Below, piece by piece: positions 1 through 8,393 of a stretch of 64,000 nucleotides of DNA. The translations under genes and the position numbers were made by a program. The notes beneath the pieces were generated by a model. That model had not been told where the DNA came from and made no database searches. It worked only from the letters and a program-made list of their open reading frames with translations. This DNA is from a virus (taxonomy: Duplodnaviria > Caudoviricetes): IMG/VR virus record IMGVR_UViG_3300025167_000006, positions 34,277 through 98,276 of that record; one strand, 5' to 3'. How positions within the stretch are numbered: the first letter of the stretch is position 1; every line of letters begins with the position of its first letter.

Positions 1-747
1 GTAGATGTCCCTGGCGCGCCTAAGCCCGTGCATGAACAGGGGCATCGGCGCTTCCTTTCGTTTGTCCGGCCAGTTTCGGATGGCGAAGGATGGGTGGATC
101 AGCGGCATCAGGTTGTAGACCACCTGGTTTTGAACAACGGGCAGTGACCCGTCGCGACGCACCCATGTTCCCTTGCTCGTCTTGTCCGGGAGCCACCCAG
201 CACCTGGTATGGTCACCTGCAACATCTTGCCGCTCTCTGCCTGAATGCCAACCGCCTTCCCGATTAGGGTTTCTGACGCGGCTACTCCGAGCGTGACGAT
301 GAGTACAGGGTCTACGATGTAGATCTGCTGAAGCAGCCGTTCCCTGCAGGCTTCTCTCTGCGCAGGCAGCGGCTCCTCGTCCGTTCTAGTTGGTGCTCCT
401 CCACGCTCGAAACGTTGCTTGCCCTCCCCGTCGTACTGAAACTTCCAGGAGCGGCAGCACACCGCGTTGGCTAGGTAGTAGTTGCGCTTGTCCAGCCCGA
501 TGAGCTCCAGCCTCTTCCGCAAGAACTGCCCGGTGTCCCCTATGAATGGACGACCAGCTTCTTCCTCGTCCTTGCCTGGTCCCTCACCGATGAACATGAT
601 TCCACCGGGGGAGCCCTCCCCGAACACGAAGCTCCCACCGACGTCTTCACGGTACACTCCTAGCGAGCAGCGTCGACAGGTCTCCCACTCGTGCTTCAGG
701 TTGGTGAGAGACCTGCGGACGTCCTGCTTAATCCTGACGGCTTCCAC
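1..747 (-). CDS. Family-4-type uracil-DNA glycosylase (3' end runs off the window)
   Basis: Not in the ORF track; translated by hand from GTG at 747: ...ETCRRCSL...VFGEG...IMFIGEGPGKDEEEAGRPFIG...NAVCCR...CRERLLQQIYIVDPVLIVTLG...PLIHPS. These are the family-4 UDG GEGPG and HPS motifs plus Fe-S cysteines. Confidence 0.9.
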   Translation of the reverse strand, partial: MEAVRIKQDVRRSLTNLKHEWETCRRCSLGVYREDVGGSFVFGEGSPGGIMFIGEGPGKDEEEAGRPFIGDTGQFLRKRLELIGLDKRNYYLANAVCCRSWKFQYDGEGKQRFERGGAPTRTDEEPLPAQREACRERLLQQIYIVDPVLIVTLGVAASETLIGKAVGIQAESGKMLQVTIPGAGWLPDKTSKGTWVRRDGSLPVVQNQVVYNLMPLIHPSFAIRNWPDKRKEAPMPLFMHGLRRARDIY

Positions 748-1144
748 CGCTGAACCCCTGGGCTGCGATGGCCGCGGCTTCCTCGGCAAGCTTCCGCTTT
801 CGAACGGCCTGGTTCAGGTCTTCCAGCATCTTGTGATAACCGTTCGCCTCCTCTGGGTCCATCCAGTCGAACAGGCGGATGCCGTGCACCTGGACCTGCA
901 CACGGGCGAATCCGTGGGTTCCGCAGTCGAGCATGGCTGGTGATGCCGCGTTCATCGTCATCATCCCCTGCGGGGCAGGTACGGCTACGATTGCCAATCG
1001 CAGCTCTACGGCGTCCACCGTGATGACGTCCGCCACTTTGGTGTGCTCATGTACCTTGGCGATTAGCCTCAAGGCGCCTGAGTAGATGATGGCCCAAACA
1101 GTGTTGTCATTGTGCTGGCTGCGGATGTTGGTGTCTTGTTCCAT
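728..1144 (-). CDS. Hypothetical protein
   Basis: 138-aa ORF tiled between the helicase and UDG genes on the same strand. Confidence 0.7.
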   Translation of the reverse strand: MEQDTNIRSQHNDNTVWAIIYSGALRLIAKVHEHTKVADVITVDAVELRLAIVAVPAPQGMMTMNAASPAMLDCGTHGFARVQVQVHGIRLFDWMDPEEANGYHKMLEDLNQAVRKRKLAEEAAAIAAQGFSGGSRQD

Positions 1145-3885
1145 TGTGCTGGGTACTCCACGAGGATGAAATCGTACGGTCCGCCTTCCTCTCTAGGCCA
1201 TGACCGCAAGTGAGACTGAAGCTTCTTTGCCATTCCTATGCACTGGCCTACGTTGTCTACCAGCGCGACCAGTAGCGGTTCTTTCTTGCCGGGCATCGGT
1301 CGAGTGGGCCTGCCCATTAGCTGCTGCAGACCGTTCTTGCTAGAGAACAAGGAGCTCAGCACTACGGTGTCCAGCAGCTGGCAGTCCATGCCCTCTTTTC
1401 CGTACTTGGTGATGGCGAAGACGAGCTGCTTGGTGTCCAGGTACTCTTGCCGCTTGGCGGCCTTAACTCCGTAAGTCAGGAATCCGGCTATGCCCCGCTC
1501 GCTGGCCTCTATGAGATCGTGCACATACTTCTTTTGCCGCTTTGCCAGCTCAGATTGTATCTTCTTGTGCACGCGGTACTGGTCGAGCGACTGAACCACG
1601 AAGTTGAGCTCAGCTTGTACCTGCAGCATGCTGGCCCCCGTGGCTTTTGTTAGCTGAGCCTCCAGCCGGAGCTTGGCCTTTTCTAGCTTCTTGAGCTCGC
1701 GCTCGTTCAAGTCTTGGGGGGTGAGCGTCTCGCCTACTTCCTGGTTGGTAGGAATCGGGATGTCCGTGTACATCATGGAACCTGGGGGTAGGGTACACAG
1801 GGCCATCAAGTTGACCACCTCATCCACGGAGTTAGAGAGGATCAAGATCTTACGGCCAGCTTGCACGGCGGCTCCGCACAGGTTCATCAAGATCTGAAGT
1901 CGTGGCACCCACTGCCCGAAGAACCCGCACAGCTTTGAGATGTGGACTTCTCCGTTGGTGTCCAGCACCTTTTCAGCCACCCTCGGGTCTCGTAGGTCCA
2001 GGGACAGCCCAGTCCAGTAGAACGCGATCTTCGGCTTCATCTCTGGGGTCAGGTCCTTGTAGATAACTGACCCTATGTGAAGGTCGCTGATGATGTGGAA
2101 CCCGTCGGACCTCTCTGGAGTAGCCGTTAGCGAGTACCGGTTGCCGTAGAACAGCGGAGCGCTCTTGGCGTACGTGGGGGCGGAGACGTGGTGACCCTCA
2201 TCCCAGTAGATATTTCCGAACCAGCGACGGACCTCCTCTGGCATCGTCTCAGACCAGTTCGCAACGCTCTGGTACGTGGCGAGGACGAGCGCCTTCTTCC
2301 AGTCCTTCTTGCCCGCCACGATTTGCCCAATGCCGCCCGGAACGTCCAGGAACTGCGCTACATCGTCCTCCCACTGCGCGAGCAGGTTGGTGTTGTCGAG
2401 CAAGATCAACGCGGGTACCTTGGAGGCGGCTATGTGATGGAGCGCTATGACCGTGTTGTGCGTAACAATGAAGTCTCTCGTGAGGTAGCAGGAATCTGGT
2501 GAATCCACGCTGATGCAAACGGTCTCTGCATCTTGTTCACGCTCTATCCTGGTTATGTACTTCACAGTGCGCTGCCCTGGGGAGCTATCCCACAGCTGCA
2601 GGTGCTTTATGGATGATACCGGGATTGCTCCACCTGCTGGAAACGTTATGCGAACTCGGTAGGAAGCACGACCGCTTCTTTTTTCACCGTTGTACTCGTA
2701 CGCGGTCACCCGCATGCGGGTGCTTGCTCGGCCACCTAGCGACCGCGTAAGCCAAGCAACCTGTTCAGCTAGCTTTGGGCTGGTGGTGGAGTACTCTACG
2801 GTCCTTTGCTGGTTGGTGACGCTGCCATCTGTATCCAAAAGCCCACGGAGTAGCGACCATCGATCATCCACTCCGGCTAGAAGAAACTCATCAGGTATGA
2901 ACTTTTCCCAGCTTCTAAGCTTGTACAGACCATGCTTACGAAGTGTGCTGGTGAATGATCCGCCTGTTACTCGAACCTCGTCGCACCGATTTGTGAAGCG
3001 CTCAACAGCCCCTACATCATTTGCTGAGAGGGACGCGCAGAAGCGCTGCTGGAGGTCTGGCTCTGGGTTGTGAAACTTTGGAGTTCCTGATGAGCTGCCG
3101 TCGCCTAACCACGCCCCCATCAACCAGGCATCAGCGCTTAGCTTTCGGTTGTTGAACTGGGCTGGGGCGCAGTACTGAATAGCGAAGCGCAAACCGGCAC
3201 GGGTGCGCAACCCTTCCTGCAGCAGATCTTTGGTGCCCATGACGCGCCAAAGTCTGTTATCTACACGAACCTGCCATAGGTGTTGGTCGTCGCAGCGAAC
3301 GCTGGTCTCGTCGGAGAATGTAACCCTATATACGGGGCGCGTACCCTGCGGAAATACACCAACAACTTTCACAGGTGTACCGCTGGATGACAGCACGTCG
3401 TCACCCACCTTCAGCTCTCCGATAGCGCGTGGCCCTTGGGGGGTAATCACTTTCTCGTCTAGAGGTTGCCCTTTACCCTTACCGCACGCCAGCTGCAGCA
3501 CCCCTCCGAAGGAGTCTGTCATCGCTTGGAAGGATTCTTGCTGAACCTTCCTACCGGTTGATCGTAGCTGTATTACGCCGTCGACAACCTTGGGCAGGAA
3601 GTCCAGATGTATCCTGCTCGCGAACTCTACCCTCTCGTAGCTCTTTGGTCGGCAGTCAACGACCGTGAAGGGCAGTGTGGCTACTGGCCAGAACGCTCTT
3701 GGGAGGAGTAGGTGCCCGCTGGTTTCTTGCCACAGGTACAGCAGCTTGGGTCGCTCGCTGTACGTATCCACCATCTCGTACGTGAGGGCACGTTTGGTGC
3801 CCTCCACATCGACGTAGGTTTTTGGAACCCACAGCCACGTATCGAGATAGCCTTTGGTTGGATCTCTACGAATGACTTTCATCAC
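1069..3885 (-). CDS. Superfamily-2 DEXH helicase (UvsW/Res-like) containing an intein
   Basis: Walker A ACGKGK|T (split by the intein), DEGHH, LTATPER, EGMD, QLMGRPTR motifs. Confidence 0.9.
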   Translation of the reverse strand: MMKVIRRDPTKGYLDTWLWVPKTYVDVEGTKRALTYEMVDTYSERPKLLYLWQETSGHLLLPRAFWPVATLPFTVVDCRPKSYERVEFASRIHLDFLPKVVDGVIQLRSTGRKVQQESFQAMTDSFGGVLQLACGKGKGQPLDEKVITPQGPRAIGELKVGDDVLSSSGTPVKVVGVFPQGTRPVYRVTFSDETSVRCDDQHLWQVRVDNRLWRVMGTKDLLQEGLRTRAGLRFAIQYCAPAQFNNRKLSADAWLMGAWLGDGSSSGTPKFHNPEPDLQQRFCASLSANDVGAVERFTNRCDEVRVTGGSFTSTLRKHGLYKLRSWEKFIPDEFLLAGVDDRWSLLRGLLDTDGSVTNQQRTVEYSTTSPKLAEQVAWLTRSLGGRASTRMRVTAYEYNGEKRSGRASYRVRITFPAGGAIPVSSIKHLQLWDSSPGQRTVKYITRIEREQDAETVCISVDSPDSCYLTRDFIVTHNTVIALHHIAASKVPALILLDNTNLLAQWEDDVAQFLDVPGGIGQIVAGKKDWKKALVLATYQSVANWSETMPEEVRRWFGNIYWDEGHHVSAPTYAKSAPLFYGNRYSLTATPERSDGFHIISDLHIGSVIYKDLTPEMKPKIAFYWTGLSLDLRDPRVAEKVLDTNGEVHISKLCGFFGQWVPRLQILMNLCGAAVQAGRKILILSNSVDEVVNLMALCTLPPGSMMYTDIPIPTNQEVGETLTPQDLNERELKKLEKAKLRLEAQLTKATGASMLQVQAELNFVVQSLDQYRVHKKIQSELAKRQKKYVHDLIEASERGIAGFLTYGVKAAKRQEYLDTKQLVFAITKYGKEGMDCQLLDTVVLSSLFSSKNGLQQLMGRPTRPMPGKKEPLLVALVDNVGQCIGMAKKLQSHLRSWPREEGGPYDFILVEYPAQWNKTPTSAASTMTTLFGPSSTQAP
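2455..3471 (-). mobile_element. Class-3 intein with LAGLIDADG homing endonuclease (339 aa)
   Basis: Runs GQPLDEKV...IVTHN|T; HLW (block B), TVCISV (block F), VTHN (block G); LAGLIDADG motifs MGAWLGDG and LRGLLDTDG; removal restores GKGKT. Confidence 0.9.
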
Positions 3886-3899
3886 TGCCTCGAATAAAG

Positions 3900-3918
3900 G
3901 GGTCGCGCTGCGCGACCC
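3900..3918 (-). terminator. Intrinsic terminator-like hairpin
   Basis: Inverted repeat GGGTCGCG-CAG-CGCGACCC followed by CTTTATT on the - strand, just after the 3926 stop. Confidence 0.5.
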
Positions 3919-3925
3919 ATGACAA

Positions 3926-4792
3926 CTACGAGCCCTTCTTGAACACAGGGCCCATCTGCACGTTGTCGATGATGTTGAGGAAGCTCAAGCCGGCGCCTTT
4001 GATTCCACCGCGAAGCAAGCTCCAGCCGACCATGCTCCACCACCCCTGCGCCTCCATCGATTCTGGATTCGACAGTTGTGCTCCCACTTGCTGGCCTGGG
4101 ATCACGAAGTTTGGCGGGATGTAGGCCGGCATGTTCGCCGGCTGCGGAGCAACCATTGCTTGCTGCGGTTGCGGCGCTGGATGCTGGTAGTAAGGGTACT
4201 GCTGCTGCGGGTAGTACTGCTGCGACTGCTGCGGGTAGTACATCGGCTGGGCTGGCCGTTGTAGCACCTGCTGCGGCGGTTGCTGCGCGTTTACTTGTCC
4301 TTGCTTGATGCCCGCTAGAAGCGAGTTGCTCACCACGCCAGGAAGCCCAGCTAGTGCCGGAGGTGGTTGCGGTATGCTCACTACCGTCGGCTGCTGTGGA
4401 AGTCCAGGTAGTGTTGGGAGCGAATGTGGCAGCCCCGGAAGTGTTGGTAAAGTTACTGGTCTGCTGGTCACCATGGGCGCCATTGGCCTTGGTGGTTGTA
4501 CGGATGTTGATGTTGGTAGCTGCATCGGTTGTGGTTGCACGTGCTGTACCTCTCTATTCCGCGCTGCCGCGCATGCTTGGTAGTGGCCGCATTGTGGCCG
4601 CTTGTGGCCCCGGGTTTCATCCCAGTACGTTGGGTCGTTGCCCCCTCGGCATTTTGGGCTAGAGGCGTCCCACTTGTCGCCGAAGCAGGTGGGTCCACGC
4701 CACCCGCACGCCTCGCATATGCTACGGCTCTTCTTGTCTTCTGCTGAGAAGCCGTTTTTCAGCCCGAACCCGCATCGTGGGCATTGGTGCAT
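3926..4792 (-). CDS. Cys-rich (Zn-finger-like) protein with Gln/Pro low-complexity region
   Basis: CPRC, CEAC and further Cys; long P/Q/Y-rich tract; hydrophobic C-terminus; GGAGG RBS. Confidence 0.75.
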   Translation of the reverse strand: MHQCPRCGFGLKNGFSAEDKKSRSICEACGWRGPTCFGDKWDASSPKCRGGNDPTYWDETRGHKRPQCGHYQACAAARNREVQHVQPQPMQLPTSTSVQPPRPMAPMVTSRPVTLPTLPGLPHSLPTLPGLPQQPTVVSIPQPPPALAGLPGVVSNSLLAGIKQGQVNAQQPPQQVLQRPAQPMYYPQQSQQYYPQQQYPYYQHPAPQPQQAMVAPQPANMPAYIPPNFVIPGQQVGAQLSNPESMEAQGWWSMVGWSLLRGGIKGAGLSFLNIIDNVQMGPVFKKGS

Positions 4793-4834
4793 CAGTGCCT
4801 CCTGGAGCTAGCTCTTGGTCTGCTCTCTGATTCC

Positions 4835-4842
4835 CTTATGCC
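4835..4842 (-). promoter_or_regulatory. Candidate phage promoter motif GGCATAAG
   Basis: Same motif found ahead of the - strand gene blocks at 14820 and 57724. Confidence 0.45.
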
Positions 4843-4859
4843 GCTTTTGTAACGTACCC

Positions 4860-4888
4860 TTGCAAGTGAAGTTCTGCGCGTTTACGCT
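4860..4888 (+). promoter_or_regulatory. Sigma70-like promoter
   Basis: TTGCAA-N17-TACGCT upstream of GGAGAGG and ATG 4906. Confidence 0.55.
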
Positions 4889-4905
4889 CACCTGGAGAGG
4901 CGTAC

Positions 4906-6348
4906 ATGGATAAGCTCAGTGGACTGAAGCTCGACATTTTCGATGATGAGGACGGCTCGATTCTTCGCGGGCTGTTCCCAGCCTACGGTGAGCTTCCAGA
5001 GCTGGTGAAGAACGCCGGAGTACTCACGGAGGAAGACCGCAACAACCTTCCTGACGATGTGTACGCTCTCGTTCTTAGGGACGGGGACGTCACCCTTCGG
5101 AAGTACGCCTGCGTCGATGCTGGTAACGTGATGCTCAACATCGCGTACCTGCTCGCCCAGTCGCACCTTCTTCCAGTTGAAGCCACCAAGGTGGCGGCTT
5201 CTAACTTGTGCGTAGCGTGCCATTGGTACGACATCGAGCCGCCAGACGAGCTCAAGAAGATGAGCACCGGCTCCACTCCTGTGATCGGAAAGCAGCAGGT
5301 GTGGAAGGACATGGACGGCACGTTGTACGGCGTCGATCATCAGGACTGGTCGTTGCACAAGACAGCGGAGATCATCGGGTCTGTGGACATGCCGCTGCAG
5401 AGCCCACCCAGCACCGTCAACGACACCAAGTCCAAGAAGCTGTCCGTCATCCCGAAGACGGCGGAGGTGGACCTGCTCGAGGAGGCGTTTGGAATCAAGG
5501 TGGCGGAGGAGCCGGACCTGGGCAAGGAGCTGCCCACGAAGGACAACCCGGAGTCCTTCCCGCAAGTGAAGGTACTGAAGCCGCACGTCGACGTGACGGG
5601 CAAGGAGCCGCCAAAGCTGGTGCACGAGAAGAACGCCAGCTACTGTTGCATGCCCTCCATCGGGAAGTATCCGATCGACACCTTCAATCAGGTGAAGGTC
5701 GCGAACGTCTACTTCCAAAGCAACCACCGGCTCATGGTGCCCGAGGACCGCAGGGAGTTTGCGGTGAACCTCTGCAAGCGTGCAGAGCAGCTGTCCTACC
5801 CACTGAGCACCGTCGTGGAGGAGTACGGGCTGCCGGGGTTCGCCAAGCGGGCACATGTGCAGAACTGCATCGACACGCGCAAGCTCCTTCTTCAGCCACA
5901 CGCGGAGCAAGGAGACACGGAGCAGCTCAAGGTGGCGAGCGCTGACCTCATGTCGCTGTACGACCAGTTGATGGGGCAGTACGGGCTGATGCACCCGGAC
6001 GTGTTCGCGGCGACCCTGGTGGAGATCGACAAGCGGGCTGGCATCAACCCCCTGTGGGACGCGGATGTGCCGGACCCGTACTACTCCACGTTCGCGAAGA
6101 CGGCCGCGGAGGCTGACCCCAAGGACGCCATCCTGCTCGGCAACGAGTACATGAACGTGCGTGACCTGCAGATCTTCGCCAGGTCCAGGCCGGACACCCT
6201 CAAGACCTTGTTCGGCTGCGAGTTCCTCGAGGAGTTCCAGAAAGATCCAACGGCCATATTTGACTCGTTGCCGGCCGACCAGAAGAAGGTCATCATGCGT
6301 CTGGTGAACAACAGTCATTCGATGGGCTTGGGAGCTTCTGCCTCGTAG
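4906..6348 (+). CDS. Hypothetical head-associated protein with multiple KxA motifs
   Basis: 480-aa ORF with RBS; KNA, KVA and KTA repeats; upstream of the portal in the same operon. Confidence 0.75.
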   Translation: MDKLSGLKLDIFDDEDGSILRGLFPAYGELPELVKNAGVLTEEDRNNLPDDVYALVLRDGDVTLRKYACVDAGNVMLNIAYLLAQSHLLPVEATKVAASNLCVACHWYDIEPPDELKKMSTGSTPVIGKQQVWKDMDGTLYGVDHQDWSLHKTAEIIGSVDMPLQSPPSTVNDTKSKKLSVIPKTAEVDLLEEAFGIKVAEEPDLGKELPTKDNPESFPQVKVLKPHVDVTGKEPPKLVHEKNASYCCMPSIGKYPIDTFNQVKVANVYFQSNHRLMVPEDRREFAVNLCKRAEQLSYPLSTVVEEYGLPGFAKRAHVQNCIDTRKLLLQPHAEQGDTEQLKVASADLMSLYDQLMGQYGLMHPDVFAATLVEIDKRAGINPLWDADVPDPYYSTFAKTAAEADPKDAILLGNEYMNVRDLQIFARSRPDTLKTLFGCEFLEEFQKDPTAIFDSLPADQKKVIMRLVNNSHSMGLGASAS

Positions 6349-6349
6349 A

Positions 6350-7195
6350 ATGCCCGACTTTCACAAGCATGAGCCGGGCGTAGACGAGGCCCAACGTATC
6401 TTCGTGGAGGAGATGCGGAGGCTTGGCATCAAGCCTGATACGAGCAAGGGGCACGTGCCGGGGCTCATAGATGAGGAGTCCGAGCAGAGCACGGCTGTTG
6501 AAGAGACCACCGAGTACGAGGACGACCGCACCAGGACAGATGTGGAGCCGGCGCCCAAGCGCCCGACCACCATCAACTTGTTCCAGCATCCAGACGCTCA
6601 CCCGTTCGTGCTGGACCTAGCGCTGCTTCGGCAGTACGGGCCTGAGTGGCTTCAGTGGGAGCCGGAGACGCTCGAGGACATCATCCTTCGGGACTTCAAG
6701 ACGAAGTCTCTCAGCGACGTGAACCTGGAGAAGCTTCAGGGGATTCGGTCGCTGCACATGCAGGACACGTTCTGGACCGACTGGCACATCTTCATGCCGG
6801 TGGCGCTCGCGCTGAACGGAGTTCCTGCGGACTTCGAAGTGATGCAGCACCTGACGGTTCCGCAGGCCATGATCGCTGTCGACATCGCGTCTCGAATCCG
6901 AGATGACGTGAAGTGGTCTGTGGAGATGGAGACCTTCCTCAGCGTTCTTCATCACCATGAGGGGTTCTTCGTTCCACAAGATCCGCTTGCTTGGGTGAAG
7001 GTCGACCACGAGGAGTACCCCGTGGATGTGGAGGAGGTATCTCGTCGGTGGCCGGCAGTGAAGGCGTCGGGCAAGCCACCAGAGCAGACGAGTGTGGAGA
7101 ACGAGCAGCTTCGTAGAATGCTGGGAGCCCTGGAACTACTACGAGAAGACAGGCGGCGGGTCACAGATCAGCTGCCGCTCATTTACAATGCCTGA
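6350..7195 (+). CDS. Hypothetical protein
   Basis: 281-aa ORF tightly coupled to its neighbours. Confidence 0.75.
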   Translation: MPDFHKHEPGVDEAQRIFVEEMRRLGIKPDTSKGHVPGLIDEESEQSTAVEETTEYEDDRTRTDVEPAPKRPTTINLFQHPDAHPFVLDLALLRQYGPEWLQWEPETLEDIILRDFKTKSLSDVNLEKLQGIRSLHMQDTFWTDWHIFMPVALALNGVPADFEVMQHLTVPQAMIAVDIASRIRDDVKWSVEMETFLSVLHHHEGFFVPQDPLAWVKVDHEEYPVDVEEVSRRWPAVKASGKPPEQTSVENEQLRRMLGALELLREDRRRVTDQLPLIYNA

Positions 7196-8393
7196 GCATG
7201 TAACCCCTGAGATGATGCTCGCGTTCGAAGACGAGCTTCTCAAGTCGGCTTCCGTGGGGGACGCCATCGGCAGGATTGGCGCGCCCATTCTTGGTCGCCT
7301 GGGTGGTCTGCTTCCTCGGATGGGTGGGCGGGCCGCGGGGCAGGAGGCGGGACAAGCCGGGTCTCAGCTGGCCGGAAGGATTGCTGGGGCTGGGGCCGGG
7401 ATGGGTCTCGGGGCTGCTGGTGGCGGCGCCATCGGGGCTGGGGTGGGCGGATACCAGGGTTACCAAGCGGAACGGGAGCAAGGCGGCGGCGGGGTGGGCG
7501 GAGCCCTCACCGGTGCACTGAAGGGTGGGGGCATGGGAGCTGGGCTGGGGGCTGCAGCCGGCGCTGGGCTTGGCGCGTCTGGTGGGAGAGTTGGCGAAGC
7601 CATCGCTGGCGTTGCGGGCGGCGCTGGCCGGGGCTTGAAGCCAGCGGCGCTGGCTCGTTTCGGGCAACGGCAGCTTCACGCCGTGACCGGATTGACTCCG
7701 GGGGGAGCTCCTCGTACGCTGGCCGGCGGGCAGGTCAATCCAGCGTACATGGAAGCCATGGAGAAGATGAAGATGCCGGGGTTGGAGTATGCCGCCACCC
7801 GGCTGCAGGCAGCACGGAGTGCCGTGAACAGCGGTGGTGGGGAGAAGGCGCTCACTGAGCTCGGCCGGGCAGCAGCTGGTAGAGCAACAGCTGAGGAGGC
7901 CGTTGGCAAGGGGATGACCAACTTGCCCGGGATGGTGCAAGCGCTTTCACAGAAGGGTGGGATGTCCGACGCGTGGCGCCTGGGGGTGAAGCCGCAGTGG
8001 ACACAGCAAGGGCGCGGGGGGAAGGCGCTACTGGCGCTTCCGGTGATTGGAGCTGCGCAGGAGGCGATGAACCCCGATGAGGTTGAAGGACGGGGCGGTC
8101 GAGCAGAGCGCGTGGGGAACTCCATCGGGATGGGGCTTGGGTACGCGTCGATGCCGTTCATGCCCATTGCTGGCGCAGAGCTCGCGTCTCGTGGGCTAGC
8201 TGGAGCTGGCGGCGGAGTCGGACGAGGCATCGATCGGTTAGTGGGGAAGATGAAGCCGAAGAACGACTTGGAGCTCGGGAACAACCCTGGAGCTCCAGTT
8301 CAAACTTCTGGTGTTGGAGAGGCGCGAGTGGAGCGTGAGTTCACAGAGCGCGCTCTTGGCAAGGCGCCAGACATGGGATTCGGTGGGCTATGA
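7188..8393 (+). CDS. Glycine-zipper/membrane-type virion protein with AFEDELLKSA leader
   Basis: Start refined to ATG 7188 (MPEHV...); GxxxG-rich hydrophobic segments. Confidence 0.7.
   Translation: MPEHVTPEMMLAFEDELLKSASVGDAIGRIGAPILGRLGGLLPRMGGRAAGQEAGQAGSQLAGRIAGAGAGMGLGAAGGGAIGAGVGGYQGYQAEREQGGGGVGGALTGALKGGGMGAGLGAAAGAGLGASGGRVGEAIAGVAGGAGRGLKPAALARFGQRQLHAVTGLTPGGAPRTLAGGQVNPAYMEAMEKMKMPGLEYAATRLQAARSAVNSGGGEKALTELGRAAAGRATAEEAVGKGMTNLPGMVQALSQKGGMSDAWRLGVKPQWTQQGRGGKALLALPVIGAAQEAMNPDEVEGRGGRAERVGNSIGMGLGYASMPFMPIAGAELASRGLAGAGGGVGRGIDRLVGKMKPKNDLELGNNPGAPVQTSGVGEARVEREFTERALGKAPDMGFGGL

Noticed and set aside
4888-6318. Long antisense ORFs (also 9350-10300, 25537-26838, 40323-41435, 43234-44292, 57761-58951)
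   Set aside because: They shadow well-supported + strand genes. High GC3 codon bias leaves the reverse frame stop-poor, and they have no RBS or motifs.
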